DNA of 64,000 nucleotides from the IMG/VR virus record IMGVR_UViG_3300034061_002899; one strand, written 5' to 3'. Origin of the DNA: a virus. The first letter of the stretch is position 1. The number at the start of each line of letters is the position of its first letter. The notes beneath the pieces were generated by a model. The model was given only the letters and a program-made list of their open reading frames with translations, was not told where the DNA came from and did no database searches. Positions 48,636-57,948 of this stretch are shown here, in pieces. The position numbers and the translations under genes were made by a program.

Positions 48636-48859
48636 AATTCACTACTACTGGTACAACTTTTAAAGAAATCAATCAAGGTGATCCAGACTTTATGATGAAT
48701 GATGGTATCAAATTAGTACCACGAGCTGCCATTAAGATTAGCCAACGATGCCCAAGTAATTATGCAAGTTTGATTGCTGAATGTATGAATCACGGTTGGA
48801 TCAAACCCGTCGCACATGTTAAAGAATCAGATTATGTTTGGGAAAAGGTAGGAGAATAA
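48632..48859 (+). CDS. Hypothetical protein
   Basis: Overlap-coupled ORF. Confidence 0.65.
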   Translation: MKFTTTGTTFKEINQGDPDFMMNDGIKLVPRAAIKISQRCPSNYASLIAECMNHGWIKPVAHVKESDYVWEKVGE

Positions 48860-48860
48860 A

Positions 48861-49142
48861 ATGAGTGGCGGGCATTTTCAATACAAGCAATGGGAAATAG
48901 GTAATATTGCCGATGAAGTAGAACAACTAATCATTGACAATGATAGTGAAGAAAAAGATCAATGGGGCGATAGAAAAGGTTGTCATTTCACTACAGAAAC
49001 CATTGAAGAATTTAAAAAGGGTTTAGCTATTCTACGACAAGCACATATCTATACACAGCGTATCGATTGGCTAGTGTCAGGTGATGACGGTGAAGATAGC
49101 TTCCATAGTAGATTGAAAAAAGAATTAGAGAACTTAAAATGA
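48861..49142 (+). CDS. Hypothetical protein (MSGGHF...RIDWLVSGDDGE)
   Basis: GGAG RBS. Confidence 0.7.
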   Translation: MSGGHFQYKQWEIGNIADEVEQLIIDNDSEEKDQWGDRKGCHFTTETIEEFKKGLAILRQAHIYTQRIDWLVSGDDGEDSFHSRLKKELENLK

Positions 49143-49336
49143 ATAAAGATTTTAATAACATTGTGTTTATTCTAAATAAATCCCCAAAAGAATTACATGC
49201 ATGGTGGAAACTATTAAGTGAAGATGAACAACAGTATGCCATAGAAATTCTTACCGACTATCGTAAGATGTTAGATGAACCTGTTGTAGAAGAATATACA
49301 TTAGCAAGAGAATACTTAAAGAAGTTTCAGTTATGA
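49139..49336 (+). CDS. Hypothetical protein
   Basis: Overlap-coupled ORF. Confidence 0.6.
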   Translation: MNKDFNNIVFILNKSPKELHAWWKLLSEDEQQYAIEILTDYRKMLDEPVVEEYTLAREYLKKFQL

Positions 49337-49674
49337 ACCTAGCAGAATACTTTGAACAAAATAGATACAAAGCCAAATATCAAATTGGTGATCGTATCTT
49401 TGGATATTGGAATAACATTCCGTTTGTTGGCACTGTAGGGAACGACACCGTAATAAGTGAATTAGTTGGACCACAACTTAGTATTCATTTAGATTTACCA
49501 ATTTGCTATGAAAAGGTAATACGTACTGTTATAATAGCAAAACATAAAGAGTTTAAAAAGATATCAAAATTGGTATCAATCATAGAGGAAACAAATGACA
49601 AAAACACTAATCGCAAAACCAGTAGTAAAGAATCAGTTCTGGATAGTAACAGACGGAAACGAAAAAGTAGGTAA
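49333..49674 (+). CDS. Hypothetical SH3-like protein
   Basis: YQIGDRI.G...PFVGTV; 3' end overlaps the next gene. Confidence 0.6.
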   Translation: MNLAEYFEQNRYKAKYQIGDRIFGYWNNIPFVGTVGNDTVISELVGPQLSIHLDLPICYEKVIRTVIIAKHKEFKKISKLVSIIEETNDKNTNRKTSSKESVLDSNRRKRKSR

Positions 49675-50053
49675 TGTATTAGCTGATGGTTCTGGCTTTG
49701 AAGTTAAACTGAACGGCAACAAGACTCATTTTAAGAATACAAATGCTATTGAGAAGCAAACTAAAATTGAGTTTCAAAGAGTTACTAAAGAAAAAGTTAA
49801 ACAAGAAATTCCTTTTAGTGAATATCCAACACCTAAAAAGGTATATAATTCTATACTAGACATTAAACGTAAGATTCACTTGTTTACAAAAACATCCAAA
49901 AGTAAGTGCTATTATGCCGCAGGATGGTATATTGTTAGTCAGGGAAGTGAACCTACTATAGAATTTTGCCCTAAATACATCTTTATTCAGCGTTATGAGT
50001 ATGTAGGTCCATTTAAAACTGAAGATGAAGCAAAAGACTTGATAAATATCTAA
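49595..50053 (+). CDS. Hypothetical protein
   Basis: GAGGA RBS; FCPK...RY...GPFKT. Confidence 0.75.
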   Translation: MTKTLIAKPVVKNQFWIVTDGNEKVGNVLADGSGFEVKLNGNKTHFKNTNAIEKQTKIEFQRVTKEKVKQEIPFSEYPTPKKVYNSILDIKRKIHLFTKTSKSKCYYAAGWYIVSQGSEPTIEFCPKYIFIQRYEYVGPFKTEDEAKDLINI

Positions 50054-50250
50054 TGATTCAAATTAAGCGGTTTATTGAGAAAGTATCGTTGATTGAGGGG
50101 CGACAAGGGAAAGATGTGGTTATTCCAATATCTGACGCTAGAGGCCTACGTGATGAATTAGCAAAACTATTAGCAGACCACTATGAAATGAAAAAGGATT
50201 CCCCGGAAGAGGTAATTCAAGTTCAAATATCCGGGGGAGGATTTAAATGA
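50053..50250 (+). CDS. Hypothetical protein
   Basis: TAATG coupling; GATAAATA upstream. Confidence 0.65.
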   Translation: MIQIKRFIEKVSLIEGRQGKDVVIPISDARGLRDELAKLLADHYEMKKDSPEEVIQVQISGGGFK

Positions 50251-50540
50251 GTAGAACACAACCTAAAGTCTTACTAGAATTAGTAGACAAAGTAACATAC
50301 AAATGCGATCAAATCGTTGAGGCAAGTGGCATCTGGGCTGTATTCTATGACGGACAACCTATCAATCTAAAGTCACAGCATTACTTAGATAATGAAGCAA
50401 CACCTAAATACAAGAAGACCAGTTTCAGTAATCCTGGTCATGCACGAAACTTGTGTAGAAAATTAAACACACAATTTAAATCTGATAAATTTACTGTCGT
50501 GTTTATGAATAATGGTACTACTGTGTACCCCGATGAGTGA
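50247..50540 (+). CDS. Hypothetical protein
   Basis: KYKKTSFSNPGHA; GGAGG RBS. Confidence 0.75.
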   Translation: MSRTQPKVLLELVDKVTYKCDQIVEASGIWAVFYDGQPINLKSQHYLDNEATPKYKKTSFSNPGHARNLCRKLNTQFKSDKFTVVFMNNGTTVYPDE

Positions 50541-50925
50541 TAATAAATCAAAGAAACAACGTATCACCGAGGCTGTACTTAAACAGTTGCCGCCTACAGA
50601 TCAACCAATAGACAAAATAATTAATGAGTGGTGGTTCACTAGATCCAGTGAAGGATTGCGCCTATCCGCTATTGGTGATTTAAGTTTTCGCCACGCACAA
50701 ATAGAATTTTTTAACTTACCACTAAAAATTACTCAGGATAATTGGCACAAGTTCATAGTTGATTGCAGTAAGAAGATTAAATGCCCGTACTATTTTGGTG
50801 TCAATAAAAATGATTTGAAAGAAAAAGAGGCATACATAAGATTGTATGACAGTAAAATCGCTATGATGATACAACTATATGGTGATGTACATAGTTACTT
50901 AGAATCAGTAAAGGCAAGAAAATGA
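50533..50925 (+). CDS. Hypothetical protein
   Basis: WW....GLRL...G...PYY. Confidence 0.65.
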   Translation: MSDNKSKKQRITEAVLKQLPPTDQPIDKIINEWWFTRSSEGLRLSAIGDLSFRHAQIEFFNLPLKITQDNWHKFIVDCSKKIKCPYYFGVNKNDLKEKEAYIRLYDSKIAMMIQLYGDVHSYLESVKARK

Positions 50926-51089
50926 CAGAAGAAAAGAAAAGCAAGAACCCATTTATAAACTTAGCCAACGCCGCTAAGAAAGATAGTAAGCACCCTGGAT
51001 TAGGTAAAGCACCTAAAAGCCAAGGACCTAAACCAACTAAGGGTAACGGTGGTGCAACGGTTGTTCGTAGAAGTGGTCGTGGTGGTTAA
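50922..51089 (+). CDS. Small basic protein (55 aa, not in the track)
   Basis: MTEEKKSKNPF...RRSGRGG. Confidence 0.55.
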   Translation: MTEEKKSKNPFINLANAAKKDSKHPGLGKAPKSQGPKPTKGNGGATVVRRSGRGG

Positions 51090-51574
51090 TACCATCTACC
51101 TTCATTACGCATTCGTTTGATTAGATTTAAATAAGTGCTACATACTCCGTAGCATTTTAATTGTACCGTACTAAACAAACTACGGTCATCTATTTCTGGA
51201 AGAAATATAATACTAGTGTTGTTAATAGGTACTGTACCAGGAGTGATAAGTTTACCACTACTAGTGGTGACTGGCGTACTTTCTGTAGCGTTTGGGAACC
51301 AAAAGTAATTTGGGTATAGTTTACTTGGTTGAGTAGTTAACCAATTTTGCATATCTGTATTTCTAGCGTTTATCCAAAAGCGCACACCTTGTAGATATTT
51401 GTCAGTTACGGGAATAATTGGTTCATAGCTACCTAAATATAACTGTCCGTCTACTCTCCAAACATCGACCATACAGGAATAGCCTGCATTGAATGCTTTC
51501 CCAATTTGTGCAGGTGTATTAGCATCCTCAAAGTTTTGGCTATCAAAGATACCCTGGTAAGATATATATAACAT
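51086..51574 (-). CDS. Degenerate GDPD-like (phosphodiesterase-fold) protein
   Basis: ISYQG in place of I.HRG; N...I..A...GY....DVW...LYLG; CATAAATA upstream. Confidence 0.5.
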   Translation of the reverse strand: MLYISYQGIFDSQNFEDANTPAQIGKAFNAGYSCMVDVWRVDGQLYLGSYEPIIPVTDKYLQGVRFWINARNTDMQNWLTTQPSKLYPNYFWFPNATESTPVTTSSGKLITPGTVPINNTSIIFLPEIDDRSLFSTVQLKCYGVCSTYLNLIKRMRNEGRWY

Positions 51575-51665
51575 AATATGTATTTATGTCAACGAAATCA
51601 ATAGCTACCGCGTTATATATATGTAGACATTAAAATCTACTTCATTAACTTAAAGGAAACTTAAA

Positions 51666-51932
51666 ATGAAAACATTAGCAATCGCCCTAATCGCTACATT
51701 GTCAGTAGCAACAGCAATGGCTCAGAATACAGCCCCTGCCGCAAAGCCAGCAACAACTGCTCCGGCAGCTACAGCACCGGCTGCACCTGCTAAAGCAGAA
51801 GCACCAAAAGAAGAAATGAAATTAGCTAAGAAAAAGGACGCCCCCAAGGCAGATGCCAAAAGTGCTCCTACCACGACACAAGCGGCTCCAGCAACAACTG
51901 CTCCTAAAGCAGACGCCAAATCAGCTAAATGA
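51666..51932 (+). CDS. Secreted Ala/Pro/Lys-rich low-complexity protein
   Basis: Signal peptide ending AMA; AAGGA RBS. Confidence 0.75.
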   Translation: MKTLAIALIATLSVATAMAQNTAPAAKPATTAPAATAPAAPAKAEAPKEEMKLAKKKDAPKADAKSAPTTTQAAPATTAPKADAKSAK

Positions 51933-52113
51933 AGTAGATGATGACGATAACTATGATATAGTTGATTTAGACTTACATCGTAGTTATAGTCGACCAAGAC
52001 TAGTCGGTTCTAATCTTTGGGATGATGATGAATTATCGGATAATATTTTAAAGAGACTTGCACAGGCAAGAATGTTAGCACTAGAGGCATATCATAATAA
52101 ATATGTGTTATGA
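51853..52113 (+). CDS. Hypothetical protein overlapping the previous gene (start uncertain)
   Basis: Its acidic 3' part fills the gap to 52110. Confidence 0.4.
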   Translation: MPKVLLPRHKRLQQQLLLKQTPNQLNEVDDDDNYDIVDLDLHRSYSRPRLVGSNLWDDDELSDNILKRLAQARMLALEAYHNKYVL

Positions 52114-52844
52114 TTTTATCTAAGTTAAAGCTAACATTAAAATGTCATCTATATGGTAGATATACAGGCATAGATTCTCCTAATAAATGTTTGAATAAAG
52201 AACATTTTTCAAATTATCCATATGAGATAGGATACAGACATAACTCTAGAGGCTTTAGAGGGCCTGAATGGCCCTCTAACATCGATAGTGTATGTTGGTG
52301 TGTAGGTGATAGCTTTACTAGTGGTGTAGGGCAGCCATATGAACACACCTGGCCATATGTATTTTCAAGTAAATCAAATATTCACACAATCAATATATCT
52401 ATGGACGGTGCTAGTAACATGTGGATTTCACGTAAAACAATTGAATTACTAGAAATACAACCAAAATATATTATTATTCAATGGTCGTATATTCATCGCA
52501 GAGAAAGAGATATAATAATAGGTGGTAGTGATTATGATAATTGTGATGAAGAAAGAACATTGCATCATAGCAACTCTACAACAGAAGAAGATATACAACA
52601 TAATATTGATTGCATAAATTTAGTAGAATCTAAAAAAAGAAATACGACTATTATACATACTTTTATACCAAAGAATGTACCCGATGACTATCAAGTATTA
52701 TTTAAAGATTTGATTGAAAAAACGAATATAAATGTAGTTTGGTTCGATCAACTAGACTATGCTAGAGATTTTCACCATTATGACATAAAGACTAGCAATA
52801 GTTTGGCAGAAAAAATAATAGCATCCAAATATATAAATATTTAA
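52110..52844 (+). CDS. SGNH-like protein
   Basis: NSRGFRG.EW, GDSFT.G.G, GASN and ARD.HH motifs. Confidence 0.65.
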   Translation: MILSKLKLTLKCHLYGRYTGIDSPNKCLNKEHFSNYPYEIGYRHNSRGFRGPEWPSNIDSVCWCVGDSFTSGVGQPYEHTWPYVFSSKSNIHTINISMDGASNMWISRKTIELLEIQPKYIIIQWSYIHRRERDIIIGGSDYDNCDEERTLHHSNSTTEEDIQHNIDCINLVESKKRNTTIIHTFIPKNVPDDYQVLFKDLIEKTNINVVWFDQLDYARDFHHYDIKTSNSLAEKIIASKYINI

Positions 52845-52928
52845 CAACATTACATTGTATAAATAGTTATGAAGTTAAGGGTTCTTCATAAAAACCCAAT
52901 TTTTAAACACACACATAGGAGATATAAA

Positions 52929-53204
52929 ATGTTTAACACAGCAACTTACGCCTTTATCGATGGCGTTACAGACTTTAAAAAACAATGCGTAGAACAAACA
53001 GTTCAACACGAAGGCATCAAAACAGCATTGAATGGTTTTATTGATGCACAATCAAAATATACTAAATCAGCCGCAGATGCAGGAATGCAATCAATGATGG
53101 CTTTGGGTATGATTTTCTCAAGCAAAGATTTCTACACAGAAATGGGTGACCAGTTCAAAGCAATGGTTCCAGCTTTCAACGTAAAAAAAGCAAAGGCTAA
53201 GTAA
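52929..53204 (+). CDS. Helical hypothetical protein (phasin-like?)
   Basis: AGGAG RBS; amphipathic helices; TATAAATA at 52858. Confidence 0.55.
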   Translation: MFNTATYAFIDGVTDFKKQCVEQTVQHEGIKTALNGFIDAQSKYTKSAADAGMQSMMALGMIFSSKDFYTEMGDQFKAMVPAFNVKKAKAK

Positions 53205-53206
53205 TC

Positions 53207-53404
53207 ATGGTAAGCGTTCTATTAACAATTGGCGCACTAGCCATGGTTGGTATTATTGGTCCACTAATTGCAATGGCAAGTGAATCTAATACTTATGGTT
53301 CTAGATTAGAGGAATACATTGTCAGTAAGAATCCACAAGATAATTCTGACATAGAACGTCTAACTAGAGATTATGAAATAGCTTCAAGTAAGAGGTATCT
53401 ATGA
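53207..53404 (+). CDS. DUF3563-like small protein with N-terminal TM
   Basis: LEEYI.S.NP....DIE.L.R.YE. Confidence 0.5.
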   Translation: MVSVLLTIGALAMVGIIGPLIAMASESNTYGSRLEEYIVSKNPQDNSDIERLTRDYEIASSKRYL

Positions 53405-53695
53405 ACACACTTAAACAACTATTTCAAAGCCTACTAGAGGCAATTCAATCCATTAAAGAATACAAAGCGAGTAAAATGAAATGAGATTACTTAATGACCT
53501 AATTATGCTATACAAATGGGCTAAAGAAGGTTGGGAAGTACATCCAATCATTGACGATGAATTTAAGGGTTGGTTATGAATAATTGGTGGCCCGTCTCGG
53601 ATGAAGAGTGGGAACGTTTAAATTTTCCCGAAAGATTTGAACAACCTAAAAAAATGTTTTATACTACATGAACATTAACACACTAAGGAAATAAA

Positions 53696-53971
53696 ATGAC
53701 AGACTTTACACCAAAATTGCCCGAAGTTAAATTTAACAAGAATGGCTATGAACTACGTACAGATATCTTGGCTATGGCCAAAGATGCGGTACAACATGAA
53801 TATCAAATGAAATTTCAGGGTTGGGAAATGAGCGCAAAGCGTGATGCAAAAACAGGTCAACTTGTAAGCACAGTATCTATGCCTGAATTTCCAGGATTAG
53901 ACAAGATCCTTGAAACTGCTGAAAAGATGTATGGTTTTGTAAATCAAGGACAAACACAGTCTAAGAAGTAA
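53696..53971 (+). CDS. Hypothetical protein
   Basis: KNGYELR..IL.MAK...P....IL..A..MY.FV. Confidence 0.75.
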   Translation: MTDFTPKLPEVKFNKNGYELRTDILAMAKDAVQHEYQMKFQGWEMSAKRDAKTGQLVSTVSMPEFPGLDKILETAEKMYGFVNQGQTQSKK

Positions 53972-53983
53972 TTCTTAACAACC

Positions 53984-54010
53984 GAAGGTTCTTTTACAGA
54001 ACCTTCCTTT
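53984..54010 (+). terminator. Hairpin terminator GAAGGTTCT-tttac-AGAACCTTC
   Basis: 9-bp perfect stem after ORF 53696; short T tail. Confidence 0.6.
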
Positions 54011-54015
54011 ACGGC

Positions 54016-54023
54016 TATAAATA
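54016..54023 (+). promoter_or_regulatory. T4-type late promoter TATAAATA
   Basis: Exact T4 late consensus. Variants (G/C/T)ATAAATA and CTAAATA precede many genes (near 6773, 11349, 13744, 18862, 28794, 52858, 61547). Confidence 0.65.
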
Positions 54024-54028
54024 AGAGT

Positions 54029-55123
54029 ATGAATGTACTAATACTAACCCCCGACCGTGTAGGAAGCACACTACTACAACGTTTAATTACCATATACATG
54101 AATGCACATGAGTATGACAAGCCAGTTATAAATCTACATGAACTTACCAATGGTTTACAATTATACTATAGTGATGTTTACAACAAAGAAGTACTTGGCA
54201 AACCTAAATTCCATAAATCTTGGGGATACTACCAAACATTGGAAGAAATAACAACGTTGTTGCGTGATACTGATCATTACAAAACAGGTCGTTTGGCTAG
54301 GTATCACGTTGTTAATAGGAATGATTCATTGCGAGACCAAGTAGAATTCTATAATTATATTAACGAAAACTTTTATATAATATCAGCACGAAGAAATAAT
54401 TTATTTGAACATGCTATCAGTTGGGGAATACACGGAGTAACAAATAAATTAAACGTGTATACTCATCAAGAAAAAATAGATGTATTCTATAATGTTTATA
54501 AAAACGGAGTGACTATTCATCCGATTAAATTAATAAAGCATCTAAACGATTATAAAGAATATATAAATTGGTGTGACACCTATTTCAATGTTACTTCATA
54601 TTTTGATTATGAAAAAGACTTAAAAGATATTGAAAAATATATATTAGGACTAGATATCTTCCCAAATCAAGAACGTAAATCTTGGGGAGATATATTTGAT
54701 ATCCCATGGCATGATTGGAATAAATGTCATAAATTAATTAGTGACTTTGGTGGATCCGATGTTAAACTACTAGAAAACAACGCTGTTTCTAATTTGACTC
54801 CGGCTTTATTACAAACAAGTTTAAGTTTAGTTGACCAAAATTATTTAGTACAGCATGGTCCAAAATACATGAAAGCGCACGATGAAATAGCACAACTTAT
54901 TTGGCGTGGCACTCTACCTACTAATGTGCCTATTAAGTTACAAACAATGGCAGAAAAAAGAAAAATAATTAAAAACTTTGATGAATGTATTGAAGTATAT
55001 AATAAATGGGTAGATGAAAACGGGATGGGTATCAAATATACTGATAATGACCTAAAGCAAATAGCAAATGAAGAAGTTAAGACTTGGTATAATGAGGTTC
55101 CAAAAAACTTGTTACTAGAATAA
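54029..55123 (+). CDS. Sulfotransferase-like P-loop protein
   Basis: PDRVGSTLL, I...R.NLFE.AISW and YE motifs. Confidence 0.55.
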   Translation: MNVLILTPDRVGSTLLQRLITIYMNAHEYDKPVINLHELTNGLQLYYSDVYNKEVLGKPKFHKSWGYYQTLEEITTLLRDTDHYKTGRLARYHVVNRNDSLRDQVEFYNYINENFYIISARRNNLFEHAISWGIHGVTNKLNVYTHQEKIDVFYNVYKNGVTIHPIKLIKHLNDYKEYINWCDTYFNVTSYFDYEKDLKDIEKYILGLDIFPNQERKSWGDIFDIPWHDWNKCHKLISDFGGSDVKLLENNAVSNLTPALLQTSLSLVDQNYLVQHGPKYMKAHDEIAQLIWRGTLPTNVPIKLQTMAEKRKIIKNFDECIEVYNKWVDENGMGIKYTDNDLKQIANEEVKTWYNEVPKNLLLE

Positions 55124-55145
55124 TTTCAAATGTTCTATCTGGTTG

Positions 55146-55199
55146 CGGTGGGGCCGGTACTGATACATTAATCACAGTCTATACGTGATAAACCCACCG
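55146..55199. other. GC-rich nested stem-loop element, possible ncRNA
   Basis: CGGTGGG/CCCACCG outer stem and ATCAC/GTGAT inner stem. Confidence 0.4.
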
Positions 55200-55265
55200 A
55201 AAACGTAGTCAAACACTGGTACTCCAAAATTTGACAATAAATGGATTTGGGTATATAATTCATTT

Positions 55266-55490
55266 ATGAAATCAAAAATCTTCATTATTCAGCGTGACAA
55301 CGACAATTATTTCAAGCAAAAGTTGCCTACATGGCGCAACGGTTTTTGTGAAATTACTCGCAATGTCATAATTGAACCAGACCCGCACGGTATCTATTTG
55401 GATGGTGAGTGGGGTTATATCACAGTCTATGGTAAAAAGATTTATGTCACTAGGGCCGGCACTGAATTTGCATTTGAAATTCGTGGCTAA
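55266..55490 (+). CDS. Early hypothetical protein, copy 1
   Basis: 65/74 aa identical to 56287-56511. Confidence 0.8.
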   Translation: MKSKIFIIQRDNDNYFKQKLPTWRNGFCEITRNVIIEPDPHGIYLDGEWGYITVYGKKIYVTRAGTEFAFEIRG

Positions 55491-55556
55491 AAATTTGACA
55501 ATAAATGGATTTGGGTATATAATAGAATCTTAGACAGTTAAATAAAGGACTACAAA

Positions 55557-55823
55557 ATGGCAAAGAAAATCTCTATCAAAGTTTTTGGTGACCCCGGACA
55601 CGCTTGGGCACGTTTCCCCAAAGCTAAATTGGTTAGTCTTGGTATTGCTGATAAGATCACCCCTTACAGTTATCAAAATGGTACTAATGCTTTCCTTGAG
55701 GAAGACTGTGACCTGTCAACACTAATGGCGGCTCTTAAAGCCAAGGGCTATGAAGTCAAATTTAATGAAAGTTTTACCAACAGGCAAAGCAAAATCCGTG
55801 GTTATTGCTCATACAGAATTTGA
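55557..55823 (+). CDS. Early hypothetical protein (DPGHAW...YSY...LEEDCD)
   Basis: Own promoter and AAGGA RBS. Confidence 0.75.
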   Translation: MAKKISIKVFGDPGHAWARFPKAKLVSLGIADKITPYSYQNGTNAFLEEDCDLSTLMAALKAKGYEVKFNESFTNRQSKIRGYCSYRI

Positions 55824-55881
55824 CAATAAATGGGCTTTGTGCTATAATAGAATCTTAAACAATTAACAAACAGGAGTTATT

Positions 55882-56247
55882 ATGAAGGGCTTTTTAATTA
55901 TCAGTGCGATTGTTGGCATATTTTTCTACAATAATTCTTCGGGCACTGTTTCCAGTATCACCGAAAAAGGTTCGTGCGAAAAAGGCGGAGTGTATTCAAA
56001 ACAATTCAACTGTGAATATGTTTACAACAAGGCCACCTACGATGTGTATTATTGGCGGTATCTTAACAGTGATAAGTCTGACAGACTAGTAGGAACTACT
56101 GTTGGTTTATCTGCTTGTCGAGATACTGCAATATACGCTCATAGAAATGCCAATAATCAAATGAATCAAGATTTGGACTGGAGCGAACGCATGTATATTT
56201 GTATGCTCACTAAAGATGGCAGAAATTTAGAGAAGCATAGGTATTAA
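55882..56247 (+). CDS. Exported/membrane-anchored Cys-containing protein
   Basis: N-terminal hydrophobic segment; AGGAG RBS. Confidence 0.7.
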   Translation: MKGFLIISAIVGIFFYNNSSGTVSSITEKGSCEKGGVYSKQFNCEYVYNKATYDVYYWRYLNSDKSDRLVGTTVGLSACRDTAIYAHRNANNQMNQDLDWSERMYICMLTKDGRNLEKHRY

Positions 56248-56286
56248 AAAGTTGACAATAAATGGATTTGGGTGTATAATACATTT

Positions 56287-56511
56287 ATGAAATCAAAAAT
56301 CTTTATTGTTCAACGTGACAACGACAAGTATTTCAAGCAGAAATTGCCTACATGGCGCAATGGTTTCTGTGAAATAGTACGTAATGTCACTATTGAAAAG
56401 GATCCGCACGACATTTACCAAGACGGTGAATGGGGTTACATTACGGTCTATGGCCGTAAGATTTATGTCACTAGATCCGGCACTGAATTTGCGTTTGAAA
56501 TTCGTGGCTAA
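56287..56511 (+). CDS. Early hypothetical protein, copy 2
   Basis: Paralog of 55266-55490; ATG 6 nt after the -10 box. Confidence 0.8.
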   Translation: MKSKIFIVQRDNDKYFKQKLPTWRNGFCEIVRNVTIEKDPHDIYQDGEWGYITVYGRKIYVTRSGTEFAFEIRG

Positions 56512-56578
56512 AAGGTTGACAATAAATGGATTTGGGTATATAATAGAGTCTTAGTCAGTTAAACAACAGGAGTTAAAA

Positions 56579-56836
56579 ATGTCAGCATTAAAAACATATC
56601 TGGATCGCAAGAACGCTTACGCTACAATCTTTGGTGCAAAAGCACTTACTTTAGACAATGCTACTGACCGTCAAAAGATTGCCGATTCAATCGATTCAGA
56701 TTTGAGTCCCGAGAATTTATCTTGTGACGGTGAACTGCCCCGTAGTCTGGTTCAGAAACGCTACAAGGAATTGACAATGGCGGCACGTGAATTGCAAAAA
56801 TTAGATCCCTCAGTTAAGTTTTACGAATTCGTTTAA
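56579..56836 (+). CDS. Early hypothetical protein (LSPENLSCDGE)
   Basis: Own promoter; AGGAG RBS. Confidence 0.75.
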   Translation: MSALKTYLDRKNAYATIFGAKALTLDNATDRQKIADSIDSDLSPENLSCDGELPRSLVQKRYKELTMAARELQKLDPSVKFYEFV

Positions 56837-56845
56837 GGAGTAGTC

Positions 56846-57499
56846 ATGGCTCGCAATCAAGACCCAGTTTTCACTTTCAATGCCGATGATGTGTGGGCGG
56901 CGGCATGTGCGGCACAACGAATCAATGGCAGTTATGTTAAGTTGGCAATGATCTCCGAGTCAGATCCTTCACTTACAAAGTTGTCTAATCGTATGTTGGC
57001 AATGCAATTGTTGACTGACCCCTTTAGTATCACGGATGAAGACCGTGAGCAAAGTAAAAAGGTTCGTGCATTTTATCAGGCATTGACTTTCAAAATCTTG
57101 CAAGGTAAAAAATTGAATGAGTTTGACAATAACGCAATGGTGTTGTCCAATCGTGATGTTATCTCTAGCAATTATGACTTTGCAGTTATTTGCAGTTTGC
57201 CAAGTTGCTATGAGCGAGGTGTCGTGCGCCAGTCAGTAGAACAGCGTATCAGTTTTGCTAAAGGTGGTTACATTAGTGCAGTTGGCAATAAAGTATCAAC
57301 CTCAGTTGAGGTGTTGAGGTGTGTTTTTTCACAAAAGTGGATGACTAATTTTGTTACTGGTATTACTAGTGATGACCAAGTAGTATTCTTTGCTTACAAG
57401 AGTGAACTGCCAGTAGGTAAGATGTTTGACATTTACGGCACTGTCAAATCACAGCGTGATAATACAACCCAATTTAATCGTGTAAAGGTGATTGCTTGA
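56846..57499 (+). CDS. Hypothetical protein with C-terminal OB-fold-like domain
   Basis: G.K....VEV...GTVK.....T..NRVK. Confidence 0.6.
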   Translation: MARNQDPVFTFNADDVWAAACAAQRINGSYVKLAMISESDPSLTKLSNRMLAMQLLTDPFSITDEDREQSKKVRAFYQALTFKILQGKKLNEFDNNAMVLSNRDVISSNYDFAVICSLPSCYERGVVRQSVEQRISFAKGGYISAVGNKVSTSVEVLRCVFSQKWMTNFVTGITSDDQVVFFAYKSELPVGKMFDIYGTVKSQRDNTTQFNRVKVIA

Positions 57500-57723
57500 A
57501 TACAGAATTAATTAATAAATTGAAGGCACAATGTATCGTGCGTGAAATGCGTGGTACTAATGCGTTTGACAATTATATGGTAGATCGGTTTGATACTGAA
57601 AAGTTTGCAGAACTGATTGTGAGAGAGTGTGACCGGTATGCCCGTAGTGTATGGGAACATGGTCCTTTGTTAGGTAGAGACTTGTTAATTCATTTTGGTG
57701 TTGAGGAGATGAGTGATGAATAA
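57496..57723 (+). CDS. FAELIVREC...HFGVEE family protein
   Basis: Shared motif; TTG start. Confidence 0.65.
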   Translation: MNTELINKLKAQCIVREMRGTNAFDNYMVDRFDTEKFAELIVRECDRYARSVWEHGPLLGRDLLIHFGVEEMSDE

Positions 57724-57946
57724 AACTATTGAATGGCTTTTTAAGCAGGCTGGTGGCTATGTTGAAATTGACAGTAAAGGTAATCGTTTTACCTATACAG
57801 AAAATTTTGACCCTGATTTATTTGCCGGGTCAGTTATTGCAGAATGTGTTCAAGCATTAGTCAATCATGGTTATACAGATGCGGCAACTATGTTAGCAAA
57901 CGAGTATCCCGAAGACTGGCAAAAATTTGAATTTCCGGAGATTTAA
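57716..57946 (+). CDS. Hypothetical protein, distant member of the same family
   Basis: L..QAG...FD...FA..VI.EC. Confidence 0.6.
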   Translation: MNKTIEWLFKQAGGYVEIDSKGNRFTYTENFDPDLFAGSVIAECVQALVNHGYTDAATMLANEYPEDWQKFEFPEI

Positions 57947-57948
57947 TT

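Larger units (their letters stand above)
55231..56560 (+). repeat. Five copies of an early promoter repeat TTGACAATAAATGG...TATAAT (-35 at 55231, 55495, 55820, 56252, 56516)
   Basis: Near-identical 29-45 bp elements, each with a 17-bp spacer and one short gene downstream. Confidence 0.9.

Noticed and set aside
53401-53670. Three tiny ORFs (about 26-33 codons) between 53401 and 53670
   Set aside because: They are plausibly real coupled micro-genes, but too short to support from sequence alone.
55140-55225. Hammerhead ribozyme (GAAAACGTAGTC resembles GAAA...GUC)
   Set aside because: There is no correctly placed CUGANGA core; only CTGATACA and CTGGTTG are present.
55231-56560. CRISPR array
   Set aside because: The repeats are sigma70 promoters separated by 230-400 bp genes, not by short spacers, and no cas genes are present.
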